A program made the position numbers and the translations under genes. The notes under the pieces are model-generated. The model was not told where the DNA came from. It saw only the letters and a program-made list of their open reading frames with translations, and did not search any database. A stretch of 64,000 nucleotides of DNA from Bigelowiella natans CCMP2755 (Eukaryota; Protista; Cercozoa): NCBI GenBank assembly GCA_000320545.1, contig ADNK01002524.1:115526-179525 (forward strand), given 5' to 3'. The stretch's first letter is position 1, and every line of letters starts with the position of its first letter. Below, piece after piece: positions 13,420 through 27,903 of the stretch.

Positions 13420-16250
13420 TGTCACCTCCTTGTTGACATTTTCTAGATCCAGCGCATGTTGTTGTTGGTTCAAAGCCCAATTTGCGGTCGTTGGTCGAAG
13501 GCAAATACACAGTACGAGAAGAACAGACGAAACGCTGCAACTCATTCTCCTGAACGAAAGGCAGACAGGCAGAGCCGGTCCCATTGCTCAAATTTGGACA
13601 AATACCAAAAATGTTGCCAATTGTCGTCACGCACGAAACACAGGCGAATTTCACATATTTTAGTCTCAAATGAGCACATTTTTCAGATGAAAGCAGCCAC
13701 GATTCCTTTGGGTAATTTTGCCTGCAATCACATTGGGAAAAGTAGCATGTGAAATGCAAGGGCATTTCATCATTGCGTCGTGAACACATTGGGCAAGCGC
13801 GCGCAAATTGACGACTAACATTCATGTCAGTGATGGAACGCAAAGTTTGTGCTGACCATCCTTGTCATTGTCCTCAGCTTTCTTGGTCATGGGGCCCTTG
13901 CTAGTTGAATCACAAAACACCAACAGGGTGCTGACAAGTCCTCGCAATGATTTTTGCTGAGGCGCTGCTGCGTGTTTGTGCATGCTGACATGCCTCCCAT
14001 GCGGTTCTTGCTCGTGCAGTTTTGCATTGATGCCTCAATTGTTGTTCGTTGCGTTCATTGTTCACGGACAGGATGCAGGCCGCTTTGAGTCCTGACGTGC
14101 GTGCACGTTGACTTTCATTTGTTCCTTCAACGGTTCCAATCGGAAGCGCACCGTGCTGCACACTAGCTAGTGCGTGCCAGCGTGGTGTGTCCATTGTTTG
14201 TCACTTGCACACCCAAACGTCCGCACGTTCATTGACACGGCGTGCGCAGCAGGTGCAACAATGCACTTGTTGTGCACATTGATTTGATGTCCATCATGCC
14301 AGAGTGATGGATCACGTGATTTGTCTGCAGTGCTGCCCCCCCCCAACCACACTGGCACACTCTAGCACTGCCAGACTGCTGGACTGGCATGCGTAGACGT
14401 TCTTCTTTCACCCATTCTGTGGTTCGATGCGACATTCGCTTGACACGTTTGCAATTTGAAAGCTGCAAAGGGGCGTGCTAGCGTGAGTGAGTCAACACGT
14501 TTCGCGACCCTTTTCGCTAGACCACAAGTGAAGCACTGTGTGTTGTTCGCTTTTTGACGTCATTCACTCCGCCACATTCTGGACATTCCGCGCGCCCCCG
14601 CTAGCCCGTCAGCCAGCCGCCAGCCGCCATCAAGCTGAGCTGGTTCGAGTCTCCTGCTTTGCGCACTCGCTAGCTCGTGCAACGTCTGCTGGTCTGCTCT
14701 GTGACATGTCTAGCTGTGCTGACCGAAGTTGACTAGCCTCACTTCAATCAGCACTGGAGCGCACTGTGCGTGCAGTGCGGCAATGACAACTTCGAAACTC
14801 TTGGCCAACAAGTTTCCAGCATTCGTCAGTTGTTGCACCATGCCAGCATGCTGCATGCTGGCATGGCTAGATGGGTCAGTGAACAACTTCATTCGTTGCT
14901 GTGCAACACTAGAACATCAGAATGCAGAAGAAAACAAAGCACTGAAGCGGAGTCTGCCTCCTCCCATGCTTGAAAACAAGCGTCGCAGGTGCGCGTCACA
15001 CGATTGCTTTCTCTTGCCAATTTGCTGCGACTCAAGCAAAAATTGTGCGCCACATGGAAATTGCACAATTTCAGGTTCAGATCAACGTTGGACCGCTCTT
15101 AGCAGCGATTGGAACCGAAGAGCGCAACAATGATGACTTCCAACGGGCTTTCTAGTTTTGTGAATCAGGCTAGCAGGTGCCTTCGACACGTTGTCATGCC
15201 CATGATGGCCAGCTTGATGCATGAACTGTTGAACTTCCATGTCACACACCTCCAGACTAGCAGACCTCACAGACCTTGCACGTGTCGCAAGCGATGCGTG
15301 CAAGCAAACTCGAACGCCAAAACGTCTAGAAGTCACGCTGCTACATCTGCCACATCATCTTGCCATGCTTCACATTCAATTCCCCCATGTGGGATCGGAG
15401 CACCATCCAGTGATCACAGCAAGCTAACGTGCTAGCAACACCTAGAGTTGTGCCGCGCATGCTGGCTGGGAGCTAGGCTAGCACGTGTGGGCATGCAAAC
15501 GATGCATCATTATCATCTGATCATGCCAGTGTTCACGCACCATTGACTTCACTGCACAGCTCCGTCAAACCTGTGACGAATCGCCAGAACATGCATTTGG
15601 AAGCTTTTGCGCGCGATCAAGCGCGTCATGCGTGATGCAATGGACATTGGATTAGCTCGCATTTCTTTGAAATTTTTCGTGCATGTCACATTTGGTCAAA
15701 CACACGCGCAAAAGCATTCAAAATGTGGCAGAGAACAAACGCGCAGCGTGCATCCTCTGCACAACGGGTGTGAATTTTCACACTTTGCGCGCTCACTGAG
15801 GCCTTGAAGCTGGACATTTGGGTCAGTATTTCGGTTATTTTTTGAGGTTTGGCCATCGGACAAGTTCTGATGACTTTTCTTTGACCAACTGCAACTGCCT
15901 GCTGCTTCAAAGCGCTGCACTGTTCACAACCCCGTCGTTACCGGGTTTGACTGAGCTGTGTGTGCACGTTGAAAATGTGAGCCAGTGTCACCTCACGCAG
16001 CATGTGACTGCCCCAGACACATTGCGCGTCAGCACGTCAAAAAATGCTTGAACCATCCAGATCATGTGTCATGCAAGCATCGCACACACGAACATGCACG
16101 CATGCAGCACAGTAGCTAGCTAGCTAGCTATGATCGAAGCAAAATGCAAACTCACACCATGTGTGGTGTGTCAAAATTTTGCATGAATTTTGCATTGTGG
16201 GGCCAGTCTAGCAGTGCTAAGTTGTTACATATATACAGAGATGCATGCGA
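13420..16250. other. TpA-depleted island B, containing degenerate Cys/His-rich reading frames
   Basis: TA is nearly absent outside CTAG. Many overlapping ORFs occur, consistent with loss of TAA/TAG stops, and the translations are Cys/His-rich and Tyr-poor. There is a (GCTA)n run at ~16113-16130. Confidence 0.8.
14363..16219. mobile_element. Possible TIR-bounded element of ~1.85 kb
   Basis: Left end TAGCACTG-CCAGACTG-CTGGACTGGC (14363-14388). The right end GCCAGTCTAGCAGTGCTA (16202-16219) is its inverted complement, lacking one 8-nt unit. Both ends terminate in TA. No transposase is recognisable inside. Confidence 0.3.
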
Positions 16251-16346
16251 CCATAACAGAATCCACATGTTTCAAATGATTTCAAACCATTTATAAAACG
16301 ACAACAGGAGAAATCTGCATCTAACATCCAGCGAAATTGAACAGCT

Positions 16347-18860
16347 CTACTTCGCGCATGCTTCAGCCACACCGCCTCTTAGTTGCTTTGAAATTAGCTT
16401 CTCAGTATTTGGATTCACCTAGTGTAATTGGTAACAAATTGATCATTTTGGTTGTCTTCCGTGTGTCACCTACCTCCTCTCCACAAAACCCATTTGAACC
16501 ATTGGCACCATTATAACTCTACACAAAGGTGTCTGGGTTGTTCATGTGTGCGCGTTTGTGTGGATTCCGTAACTGCGTTCTGGTTATCTATCTACCTGAT
16601 AGAGCTCTATCCCGCTAAAAAACTTCTTGAATTCCTGTTAAATTTACATGTTTTATGTAAGCTACACATGAATGTAATTTATTTTGCACAACGCACATAC
16701 GCTCAGATGCACACTCACACGAAAAAACACAAATATACATAGACTTACCTTAACATCATTTAATATCATACCGGTACATATGCGTGCATGTAGTGTGCTT
16801 ATGCATCATCGTTTCCAGCTGAGTGGGTGTTTACATATTGAAAATGTTATCGATCGACCTTCGTCATCTTGAAGCGAAAGAACTTGTCCTTCATCAACGT
16901 TAATGCCTGTTAGTGAGCAGAATTGATTCGCGTGCAATATACAAAACCCTTTTCCAATCAACGACAAACATACACCGCACATACGAAGACACGGGGCACT
17001 CGCAACATATGCTAAAACGAATACCTCCTTTTCTGCTTCTAAAAAGGTGGTTTTGCTTGCTCGGCCTTCCATCATCTGAAAAGTGTAAAGTGTTATGTGT
17101 TATCACAAACTTTAGATCTATACAGACATCCATCCCACGCACAGTCACGAAATAGGCGACCACAAACCAAGGACACGACTTCTATGTAATTCAAACCAAT
17201 CTCCCACATACCTGTTCCTTTATTCTTGCCTCCATTTTCATCGATATATTTACTGTGTCACGAATTATGAAATCGGGCAGAGAAAAGGCGCCGGAGAAAG
17301 AAAGAGAGAAAGAGAGAGAAAGAGAGAGAAAGAGGAATTAATTATGATACTACGATACATCTCGGAGCTAAAAAGACGCTGCAATTTTAACAAAAGTTAG
17401 GAATTTTAATGCACTTATTCCAAACCTGGTGTCTTCGATTCGCTGCCGATGTATTTAGCTACGATCTGCTGCGACTTTTCTATCATCTTTTCCTGCAGCG
17501 TCTTTTCATTAAAATCATCTGTTACCAGCCGTCTTGATACCCATTTTCGGAATTCTCGCACCTATTTAGATTTATAATATATGATGTTTCCTTACATTTC
17601 TCACTCCTTCGCACTAAATGCACATGCTATCAACTCTCCATGATCAACTCTCCATGGAAAATATACGGGCTTATACGATCGAGTCTCTCCAAAATGACTC
17701 CGCACGTTATATATGGTTAAAACCGCTTAATAAAAGGTAACGGTATATCGTATAATTGAAAAGTACAAACGCCATTTTACCTCCATCCAAAACTCGTATG
17801 TCTCTCCAGCGTACTCTTTATCTAAGAAATCTTTGAAGATTTTCGAGGCCTTTAATGTTACAATCGAACAGACCAATCAGGGGGAAGATGACATTGAATA
17901 TGGATGGTTTGATTAGCATTTGGAGATGACGATTTTGTCGCGCAACACCAAATACGCAAATAATAATAACAATAAAAGAACCTGCGCGTGATGTAGCACG
18001 CTACGAATCGTGCATTTTAGTCCTAATTATAAACAGTGAAAAACTTCATCTATGAAAATCAAGAGGCTGTTACCCTTAAGTTATTTTACCCCCCCCCCCC
18101 GCCCCCCCCTCGCACACATATCGAAAGAAAGTGATACATAAGACTACCTTCCAGCCTCAATTCAACATCTGCGAGGACAGAGCTTGTATCGTTGATGCAC
18201 CGGAAAAATTCACTTTGATCGACTTGAAACAAAACCTAAGTATAAATGAAACGAAACAGCCAGAGAAGAAAGCCCCGATATAAGCGCTAATGTAAGTGAA
18301 ACATGATTATACACTCAGATCTATTTGCTTGGTACTAAAGGTTCAATGTGCGCGTGTTGGAAGAAACACGTACCGTGTCTACGACAGCTATACAGGAAGC
18401 AGTGCGCTTCATCTCCTAACGATCGATACGCTTCATGTTAAACGCTGGATTTCAACTTTAGCAATGGTCGTCGGAGTATATATTGATATAGTCTGCTGAA
18501 GGAAAGTTGTAACCTGAACCAAAAGCCCAATCTCGCCCAAGATGTCTCCGGATTCGAGCGTCCTAACCCTTTTACCTCCTACAGTGACCTTAACCTGCAC
18601 CATATCAACAGAATATGTTCATTGTCATCGTAATTAACATAATCAATTGTAGCGCATTTTGAGGCCTTATCTGCCCTTACAAAAAATATGAAAAGTGCAA
18701 GCTATAGTGGTGGTCTCGCGTTTGCTTGGGTTGCGCGTTGCATACCTGCCCATAAACGACAATATACATGCTGGTGGAACGATCTCCTTCAGCAATGATG
18801 ACTTCCTCCGCTCCGAACGATACTACACACGCTGATTTGGACAAAGACTCGTGCCGAACT
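16347..18860 (-). CDS. 3' part of a gene: cyclic-nucleotide-binding domain followed by an RGS domain
   Basis: cNMP exons: SFGAEEVIIAEGDRSTSMYIVVYGQ / VKVTVGGKRVRTLESGDILGEIGLLVQ / EMKRTASCIAVVDT. RGS exons: FKDFLDKEYAGETYEFWME / VREFRKW...KSQQIVAKYIGSESKTP / VNISMKMEARIKEQ / TTFLEAEKE / ALTLMKDKFFRFK. Last exon VNPNTEK...EACAK* (TAG 16347-16349). Confidence 0.8.
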
Positions 18861-18949
18861 AGTGGTATTGGAATCTGAAACACATGCAATGAATAAATAC
18901 AACGTGCCCCCCTTCTATCTCTCACATGCCTTTCCACATCGTATTGGCT

Positions 18950-19371
18950 TGCATGTACCTTCAGCTCTTTCCAGATCTGAATCTTTATGTTCGGAGCGAT
19001 GCTCTGCCGCCTAGCTTTGATGAAGAACTGCAGATGTTCCTGATGATTGTGATGAAAAATAAAGCGTACACCATTTTTAATTTGCTATTATCCGAAACGA
19101 CAAAAAACATTGTTGTTTAAGCCATTTCCGCCTCCACAGATATATGCCCTTGCCAATGCTCAGTTCTAGCATGTGTGCGTGCAACCATCGCATTTATTCT
19201 CCCTATCAGTTTGGAACATGATACGCACAATTGCTGCTTACGTTGTTCAAAATGTCCGTTGAAGTAGACAAGTTGAAAGGCCGGATTTGCTGAGATTTTC
19301 GGCAAACCAATTGCATTCAATGATTTAAAGCCAGACGTTACGTGCGATGTGCTTAGAATGATCAAACTTCA

Positions 19372-19413
<42 letters not shown>

Positions 19414-19750
19414 TATTTTTATATATCCTCCTTGAGTTTTCATTTCCAAGCTATATTACAATTCCTTCTTTCAAAGAAAGATTAGGCAACCATTGCTAGA
19501 AGGAAAAACAACTTTACATGTAAATGAGCATGGTCGGCAGAAACTTACCGCAAAGCACTTTTCTATACATTGGAGAATTTGAGTACACCTTTTAATACGA
19601 CAAGAATGACATTCGAAGGTGAAATAAGTACTCTTAGATTTTTTTTTACTCGGAGCTCTTCCTATTTGCGTGTATATGCTGTGATATTCGCAATCACATG
19701 ATAGTGGAGGATATGTTTAAACACTTGTACACACACACACGCATACGCAT

Positions 19751-19814
<64 letters not shown>

Positions 19815-21254
19815 TAATTATATTCCTATTAACCTTGAATAACAAGGGTCTGCATGGCCGCATTGATTTCTTAGCTGTGTGCATATCTCCCTGTAGCGGC
19901 TCATTCTGAAATAACAAGAAATATACGGTTAGACACACGGAGATGCATATTGAAACATAGTTACTGTTAGAAGCTAGGTGTAATATTGTGCTTATGTCTT
20001 TATTTGTGGATTAATGAGTTTCTGTGAGTGGAAAGAAAATTTTCGATGTGCTACCGATGGGTTGGCATGGTTAAATAGTCTGCAACCTTCCCTGATAGGC
20101 CTACATGCATAATGTGTGCTCATCAGCGTGGTGTCACACAGATACAATGTGTCAAAATCTAGCGGAACAAAAAAAGCATGAATGCGTAACCTCAAAACCA
20201 GCGAACATTCTAATTCTTAGAGCGGATATTTTTTACATTTCACCCTCTCCCCCCCCCTCTCCCCTTCTTCCCCTTCCCCTCTCATGTTCGTGTATGCAGT
20301 TTGCCCGCATCATCCATGATCATATGCTATATAATGATGTGTGGGCGAGATCTTGAGGGCCGTCGTACGTGCAACGGGGCTCTCATATTGAAAAAACGCT
20401 CTTTTCATCTTCTCTGGTTTCAGTAACAAAACACTCGTAGAAACTCGTGCGCTTTGCAATACAGCAGAGGAGGAAATGGCTGAAAGGGGAGGGGAGGAGA
20501 GGGAGACGTGCTCTCGGAGCAGGATCGAAAGGAATGATTCATATATCCAGATAAAGCGCATACCTAAAGGAACGTCAGAAAGCCATCTCCGAATGTCCTT
20601 CTCCTTTTTCTTATGGTCAATCACCTCGGTGACAGCATCCATGTACAGCGAGTAGAGGATGGAGATCGAAACCAACCTTCCCATGGAAGATATGACATTT
20701 ATCCCTGCAACAAGGGGAAGATTTCCGATGAATTGTGCGGTTCTTCGAGTCGCTTATTTCGTTTATATATTTAGAAGACACACACTCCGTGTGAAACACG
20801 TGCGTCTCGACACACACACACACACACACACGCACACACACACGCACCCATGCACACGCTCAACGCTCATTATCTACATGAGCCAAACTACGCACTATCA
20901 TTTTCATGAATCAAGATACCCCTCCGAGGATAATGATCCAAGAAATCTCTAAGCTGGGCAAAGACATCTCTCGAGGCTATTTCCAGACACCGAAGACTAT
21001 CATACGCAACACAAGATTTGCAGACGCGCATTATAATACACTGTAACGGCAAAATCGGCAGCAGCGACTATATTAATACGGATCTGTATCTTTATCCTCG
21101 CTTCAAGGAATGAGCTTTTATTGTGCGTGCAGCTAGCACCTTGTGAGCATTCGAATGATCTTTGGATTCGTTTGCTTGAGAAGGCCTAATGCAAACGAAA
21201 GGCAATACTTCAATCAGATCGAAATTATCAAACATATACATTTGAATAAATGAA

Positions 21255-21292
<38 letters not shown>

Positions 21293-21929
21293 TCTGTATA
21301 GATATTATTAGAATACATGACTGTTATATATTATGTGGATATCATTCGTGAAATCGTGATATATACGGTGCACTTTTGGGGCCATCAAGATACTACCATA
21401 TTCCGCCAGTCTCTCATATGTGTCAAACGACCGTGAAAGGAACTTTAGAAGAGGGAAAACAATTAGCATGCATTGAGGCATGGAGAAATCATAAAACGTG
21501 AAAAGAGTAGACGCTTTCGTGGGGAGTCGCAAATCATATTGCAATGCTTTTGCTAATGCTGCTGCATTGCTGATTCATTCATTCAAAGACTCTCTTATTT
21601 TATTCTTTTTGTACTCCTCGTCTCTCTCTGCTAATGATCATTCCTTTGTGCGCTTTCGCATTACTTTGTGCAAGACTTTATGATATACTCGGTTAGAGTG
21701 CCAAAGCTCCTCAGCAATCTCGAGAGCACCATTCTTGACGTCGCCCTCGCCCTCAAGTGCCTTAGTGGCCGGCACAATATTTAGGCTTAATGAGCTTCTT
21801 TGAGGAAGAAGTAGGTTCATATATGATTATACTTCATATATCTTAAACACTTCAGACACGCATATGATATAGATTATGCTTGCATACAGAATACGTGAAC
21901 GTGTATGGTTATACAAATATAAATATATG

Positions 21930-21971
<42 letters not shown>

Positions 21972-22268
21972 TATACATTATAATATCGAATCATTACAAG
22001 AGGTATTGTCACTGTGGTGTAGCCGGCACTCATTGTAGAACGTCTTCGCTGCTTTTGAGCTCTAGATGGGTCCTTCTCCTGACTTTCCTCCTTGTTTGTC
22101 ATTAGATCAGTGGAATGAGCAGTATGAGTAGATACTGAACTTCCGCGCTTCTCATTGGCATCAGTCGACTGTTCTTTATCATCACTCGCGTCTTCAAGTA
22201 AAAGCATCTTTAAAGACTTTACGGTGGTCTAAGTATCGACAAAGCGTTAATGCAATCAATGATATGTA

Positions 22269-22316
<48 letters not shown>

Positions 22317-22330
22317 TATAGGTGTGTTCG

Positions 22331-22362
<32 letters not shown>

Positions 22363-23325
22363 TGTGTGTGTGTGTGTGGTATTTGTTGTATAAACAAATG
22401 ATTTAGTCATATGCGGCAGAGATGCTAACAGCAGTGGCAATCGAAAGGTCTCCTCCTTGTGTTAGGAAAACAAGAAGTAGGCTACGAGTGACCTCCTTAT
22501 CCACAACTCGGTTCTCTGAAACCGTCGGAGAGTTCGGCCCTTGTGTGGTCTCCGTTCTTGGCGTCGATGCCGAGGAAGAGTCTTTAGATTGGGATTATCA
22601 ATTCGTAAAACATCGGCTAGGGTAAGGCTTGCGCGCATTTGAAGAGACGAAACCGTTCTCGCACTTCGCATGGCCAACATCATGTTGTCAGCATCGTCGC
22701 TCTCACTCCAAGTTGCGTTTTTTGTGAATGCGCGTTCGTGCGTCTGTCTCTTACGTGCAAGTCCAAGATCAAACGTCCTAGTCTTGAAACGGGGCGACCG
22801 GCAGCTTCTTGGAAGTAGCTCACTGCGGTTTGCTTTTCTCTTCCCAATAGGCAAACTCGCATAACTCGCTTGCGAGTCTCGACGGAACGCTGGCGCTCGA
22901 TGCTCGTATCTCGGGGAGGGATTTTCCAGCCTTTTGACCCTAATCCGACCCCTGATGACCGTGGACGATTCCACCGCATTTAACACGGCGAATTGTGAGG
23001 GTCCACCGACGTTTGCAGTTGTCTCCGAGTCGAGAGATGACATGGAGGATAAGCTGGCTTGGTCACCGACAGTGTGCTGGGAACTTGCCCTATTGATTAA
23101 GCCCATGCGGTGAAAAGTGCAGAACAAAAAACACGATGCGTAGCTGCGGGGCTGTGCGTTTGGAGATCTTCGTTGCATGTAGCATTGGCTAGATTAGTTG
23201 GCTATGTACCGTAAGTGCTTGCCATCAAGCTTTCCGGAGCGACGAACCTGTGTCGAGTGGGTAGATGTACTATCGTGGAATCTACATAAGAATCTAGAAA
23301 AATGCGGTTGGTTATTTCTCTCTTG

Positions 23326-23401
<76 letters not shown>

Positions 23402-24418
23402 TATTGTACGCGTGGATATCCTACCGCGTTCGGTTGGTTTTTAAAAATGTTTAATTCGCGGTAGGAAGACGGATTTGAATGGTTGGATGTTGGGTTTATC
23501 AATAATTACTAGTTTTTTTACTAACATATGTGAGAGGGGGGTGGAGGGGGTAGGAGTTAAAGGTCTTACACTAGCATCAGTCAATTGTGGCGAGTCCCGC
23601 GGCGTATTTAACGACTTTTCTGTATAGGAAGAAGGGGAAAAATCATGGTTTCCTAATCGTGAGTATAACACAATTGATGCGTATATGCTCCGAATTGATA
23701 TGCTAACATAGGTACGCGCATGCGGGTAGGAACTCACCGTCAGTTTCACTCTGACGAAGCTGCAGATCTTTTGTGCTCCTACCAGTCAGAAACAGCACCA
23801 ACAAGGGGAAAAAAAAATGTGATGGAGATTCTCGATGGAGGGGGGGAGGCAGGAGATGGATTTTGAAAAATATGAACTAGTAATCCTTTGGCTGGCCATT
23901 GCCTGATGGATCTTAGCATGTGTATGAATCATCGCGCTCTCTAATGAGGCCAACGAGAATAACACTATCTTATTAAGAACTCCAAACGCGGAAAAGCCGA
24001 AAAGAAAAAAGAGAGGTTTTTTTTATGATGAAGTGGTATATATAGAGCCCAGATATGGAGACGTTTGCTCCTCCCTGATATTTACACACTCTTTGTCGTA
24101 CACTACAACTCATTATTTGTAGATTTTATTTGATTACGAGGTGGTCTTTCGGCTTTGCGATCTAGATACTCGCCGGCCCATGTTGGATTTCGAGCTGCAG
24201 GGGAAATGTGATGAAATACACGCCTTCAAATTTCTCAGAATAGAGTCGGCGTGAGAGGAAGCATATCTCCGGTATGTTTACATTACTCACGCTCATATCA
24301 AATAAATAACAGACTTTATACCCCCCCCCCCCCCGTCTCCTTTTCCGTTGTCTTTTTCGGTATACGGGTAAAGACTTGGCTGTATGTATGGATGTGAAGG
24401 TGTGCGCACGCGCGCGCA

Positions 24419-24450
<32 letters not shown>

Positions 24451-24545
24451 CTTTTTCCTAAATATTATTTGATACTCATCCTACGCTTACTGCTGCTACA
24501 TTAATATCATTAACACAAAGACTTCCAAGAAATTTAACAACATAT

Positions 24546-24621
<76 letters not shown>

Positions 24622-24701
24622 TTAACATGACAGCGTACCGTGATCCACTCCAACCTAAAACAAAATATGCAAGATTAATGATTATATTTGAATCATATGA
24701 A

Positions 24702-24740
<39 letters not shown>

Positions 24741-25870
24741 GTTTTAACGAGAAATCATACTTCGGTTAATGGAAAAACTGGAGTCGCTTCTCTTGTTAGA
24801 GTCTTTGTGGCCTACGATGCACGGTACGATCAAGGAAATCAGATGATCATGGTAGGCACTACCACCGTTATCCCTCGCATTAAAAGTTCTTTTACAAACA
24901 CCTTACAGCAGCTTAATAACATTTTAGAAAGTTGGTGAAGTCTCTCTCTCGGAAGCCCGACGTTACGCTACCAAACATGTTAGTGATTAGTTATCGGCTA
25001 ATGTCATTGCTCACTCGATAATGACTCCTGAGCGATGAAGGCTTGCATCGAGCTTCCAAAGTTCTCCCAGCACTAGTATGAGGGGGGGGAAATTGAGAAA
25101 GAGAGAACATATCAATTGTGCTTCTTCTCTCGCAGTGTTTCTCATATAGCTTTACTTTTTTATCCTTCCTCTCACATGACTACAACAGCCCTTTTTATCC
25201 CGCACTGGGCAATTATTAGCGTATCGACGCATTTGCTGTGCTGCGCTGCTAAATACCAGATTGCAGAGCCTTGCCGACGTTTTAGAATACGGAAACTCGC
25301 GAACCGATGCACACTTTTTGCATACAGACTATAGACATATCGTGGGAGAGTAGCGAGGGATGGGTTAGGAGAAATAAACATTGATCAACCCAGCAGCGAA
25401 ATGAACGATCTGATGTGACTGCTACGAGGCGAGTTTCCCCTTATGGGAATAGGACACCCAGACGGAGCCTCGTATATGGTTGAATATGACATTTTTTACC
25501 TTCTTACACGAGCGGCATCGATAAAACGGTTTCGCAAACAGCATCTGCCGAGCACCCGCTCCGCAGACGTGGCACTTAGCCTGAATGTGTTATATACGCA
25601 CGCGTCAGATCACGGTTCATTTTCGAGCACGGATATTCTGTCACGGGCAGTACAGTACTCTGCATGGATAGCCAACCGCATATGATAGAGTAAATGACGA
25701 CATTAGGCATCCAAACGATAGAGGCAAAATCCTGCTCCGAGACGAAAACCGGTTAGTGCGGTAAGATAGTCGCAATTGACCCACCCCTGCTATGGAGAAC
25801 TCACTGACGTGGTTTGGACGGTGTGGACTTTGGAAAGCGCGCTGTCTCTGTTGAAGGATGTACCTTAAAA
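18950..25870 (-). CDS. Chain of exons of unassigned function, probably the central part of the RhoGEF/cNMP/RGS locus
   Basis: Multiple minus-strand open segments flanked by AG/GT, including a long Ser/Arg-rich exon inside ORF 22462..23178 and YILQQRQRAFQSPHRPNHV (~25808-25865). No domain recognised. Confidence 0.4.
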
Positions 25871-25979
25871 AACAAAAAAAAGGGGGGTTTTCTGAGAGGT
25901 ATAGGCACTCTATCACGCATATTCGTCGATCTATCTTTAGTGGAAATGAGTGCTTTTGAATGTCAACCAGTGTGTACTC

Positions 25980-26620
25980 ACTTCATTAAAACGGAGCGCC
26001 AAACCTCCTTTTCTCCGAGGTTCCTGGTGGTGAACAACGATGACGCGATGACAAGTTAGCCGACCGAAGTTGCCTTGAATCATGATAAACATATAGATAG
26101 CGAAAACGTGCTATCCATATTGCCAAGGCCCACTACCATTTAAATATCCAACACACAATATATGCAAACAAAATATATACATATATATACATATATCTTT
26201 GTTTGCTCCAGACCTGAATTTGGCGATGAACACCTTATTAGGCGTGCACACGCCGAAAGCTGCCGCAACGACTGTCTCCTCGATCTACACACCCCAACCA
26301 ATGCGGTATACATCAAGCTTCTCTACTACAACAGATAGCCAAACGGCTCTAAATTGAAGAGAATTAAAATTCAAGGCCTAGAGTCAGATTTTTTTCAGTA
26401 AACACACGGTTGAAGGCTAGGAGGAATGTAGAAAAACCAGCTATGTTTGTTTTAGTTTGTGATTTTCCCAAAAGGACGATTTCCGACACAAACCCTCAAA
26501 GACTCACATCGTCAATGGCGCAATCCTGTAGCTTGTATGTAGCCGTCGATGATGTCTTTTTTCGTCTGGTGACGCTGTTGAATGTATTACTAATATTAAT
26601 ATCGTTTCTATATTATCATA

Positions 26621-26658
<38 letters not shown>

Positions 26659-27710
26659 CATATATATATTGATATTAACATAAACACGGAGGCTTTATGT
26701 AATCGTGTGAGGTTCTTTGGTCATGCCCAATTTGTGATGATAAAGCAAAATGTGAAGATTGATTTACATTAATGTATCCTCGAAAAGGATCAAGTCCTCT
26801 TTGGATTGCTTAGATCTATCCGATTTCGATATCTGACCGGAGGAAAAAGGAGTCGAGAAGGGGGGGGGCGGGGGCATCGTAGGAGTGAGTGCTAATAAGA
26901 AATCAAACGGGTAATATGCTTTTTAAATATTTAATAGTTTTTATAAACTATTAAATATCAAACTCAAATTGATTTTACTGCTTCCACACAAAAACCGTCA
27001 TAGTGATGATTGCGTGTAGGTGACCCAGAAAAACATCGAAGCGAATCTATTTACTGAGATCATCAAATGCATGCTGTATGCGTATACCCTTGTGATAGTG
27101 CCGAATTTCACCAATTTCCGCTCCAATAAGAGCTGAAAGGGCAGTCAAAAAAACAAAAATACTTTCAATGTAACCCACGACTAACTAGCTTCTGAAAACA
27201 ACACGATTATTATATAAAACTATATCGAAAACGAATCTCCATAGGGAGCGACTAAATAGGCATTAGCTAATATTCGAATTACTTTTGAGCCATATTTTAA
27301 GATAACTGCCTTCTTCATAGCCTATGTAAATACGCAAAACACGTATACACGTACACACACACACACACACACACCCACACACACACAATCACCGAGAGAG
27401 AGCGAGAGAGAGAGAGAGAGAGAAAGAATCAAACTTCTCAATGCAATAATTATGACATCATGCACTATGTATATCTACATTCGTACACACACGCGCATTC
27501 CCTAGCAACGTGGCGTCCTACTCTCCATATTCGCTAACACAGATCTAACAATAGCATGGAAGTGGGGGGGGGAAGGAGGCTGCGCTTCGAGACTGTTTCG
27601 AAGCTATTACCTGCTTTCTATGCTCTCTAGTGATACGCTGAACTCCCTTTGCTTTCTTTTCGAGTAGTTTGCCAATCCTAATATCCAGAACCAGCAGAAT
27701 AAACACACAA

Positions 27711-27741
<31 letters not shown>

Positions 27742-27854
27742 CGCGCGCGCACACATAGGGAAGAGTAGAGGGGAGGGAGGAGGGGAGAGAGAAAATCTCA
27801 TGAACAATGCAAAATATGCTTGAGGAAGAAGTAAACAGTGAGAGGAGATATATG

Positions 27855-27903
<49 letters not shown>

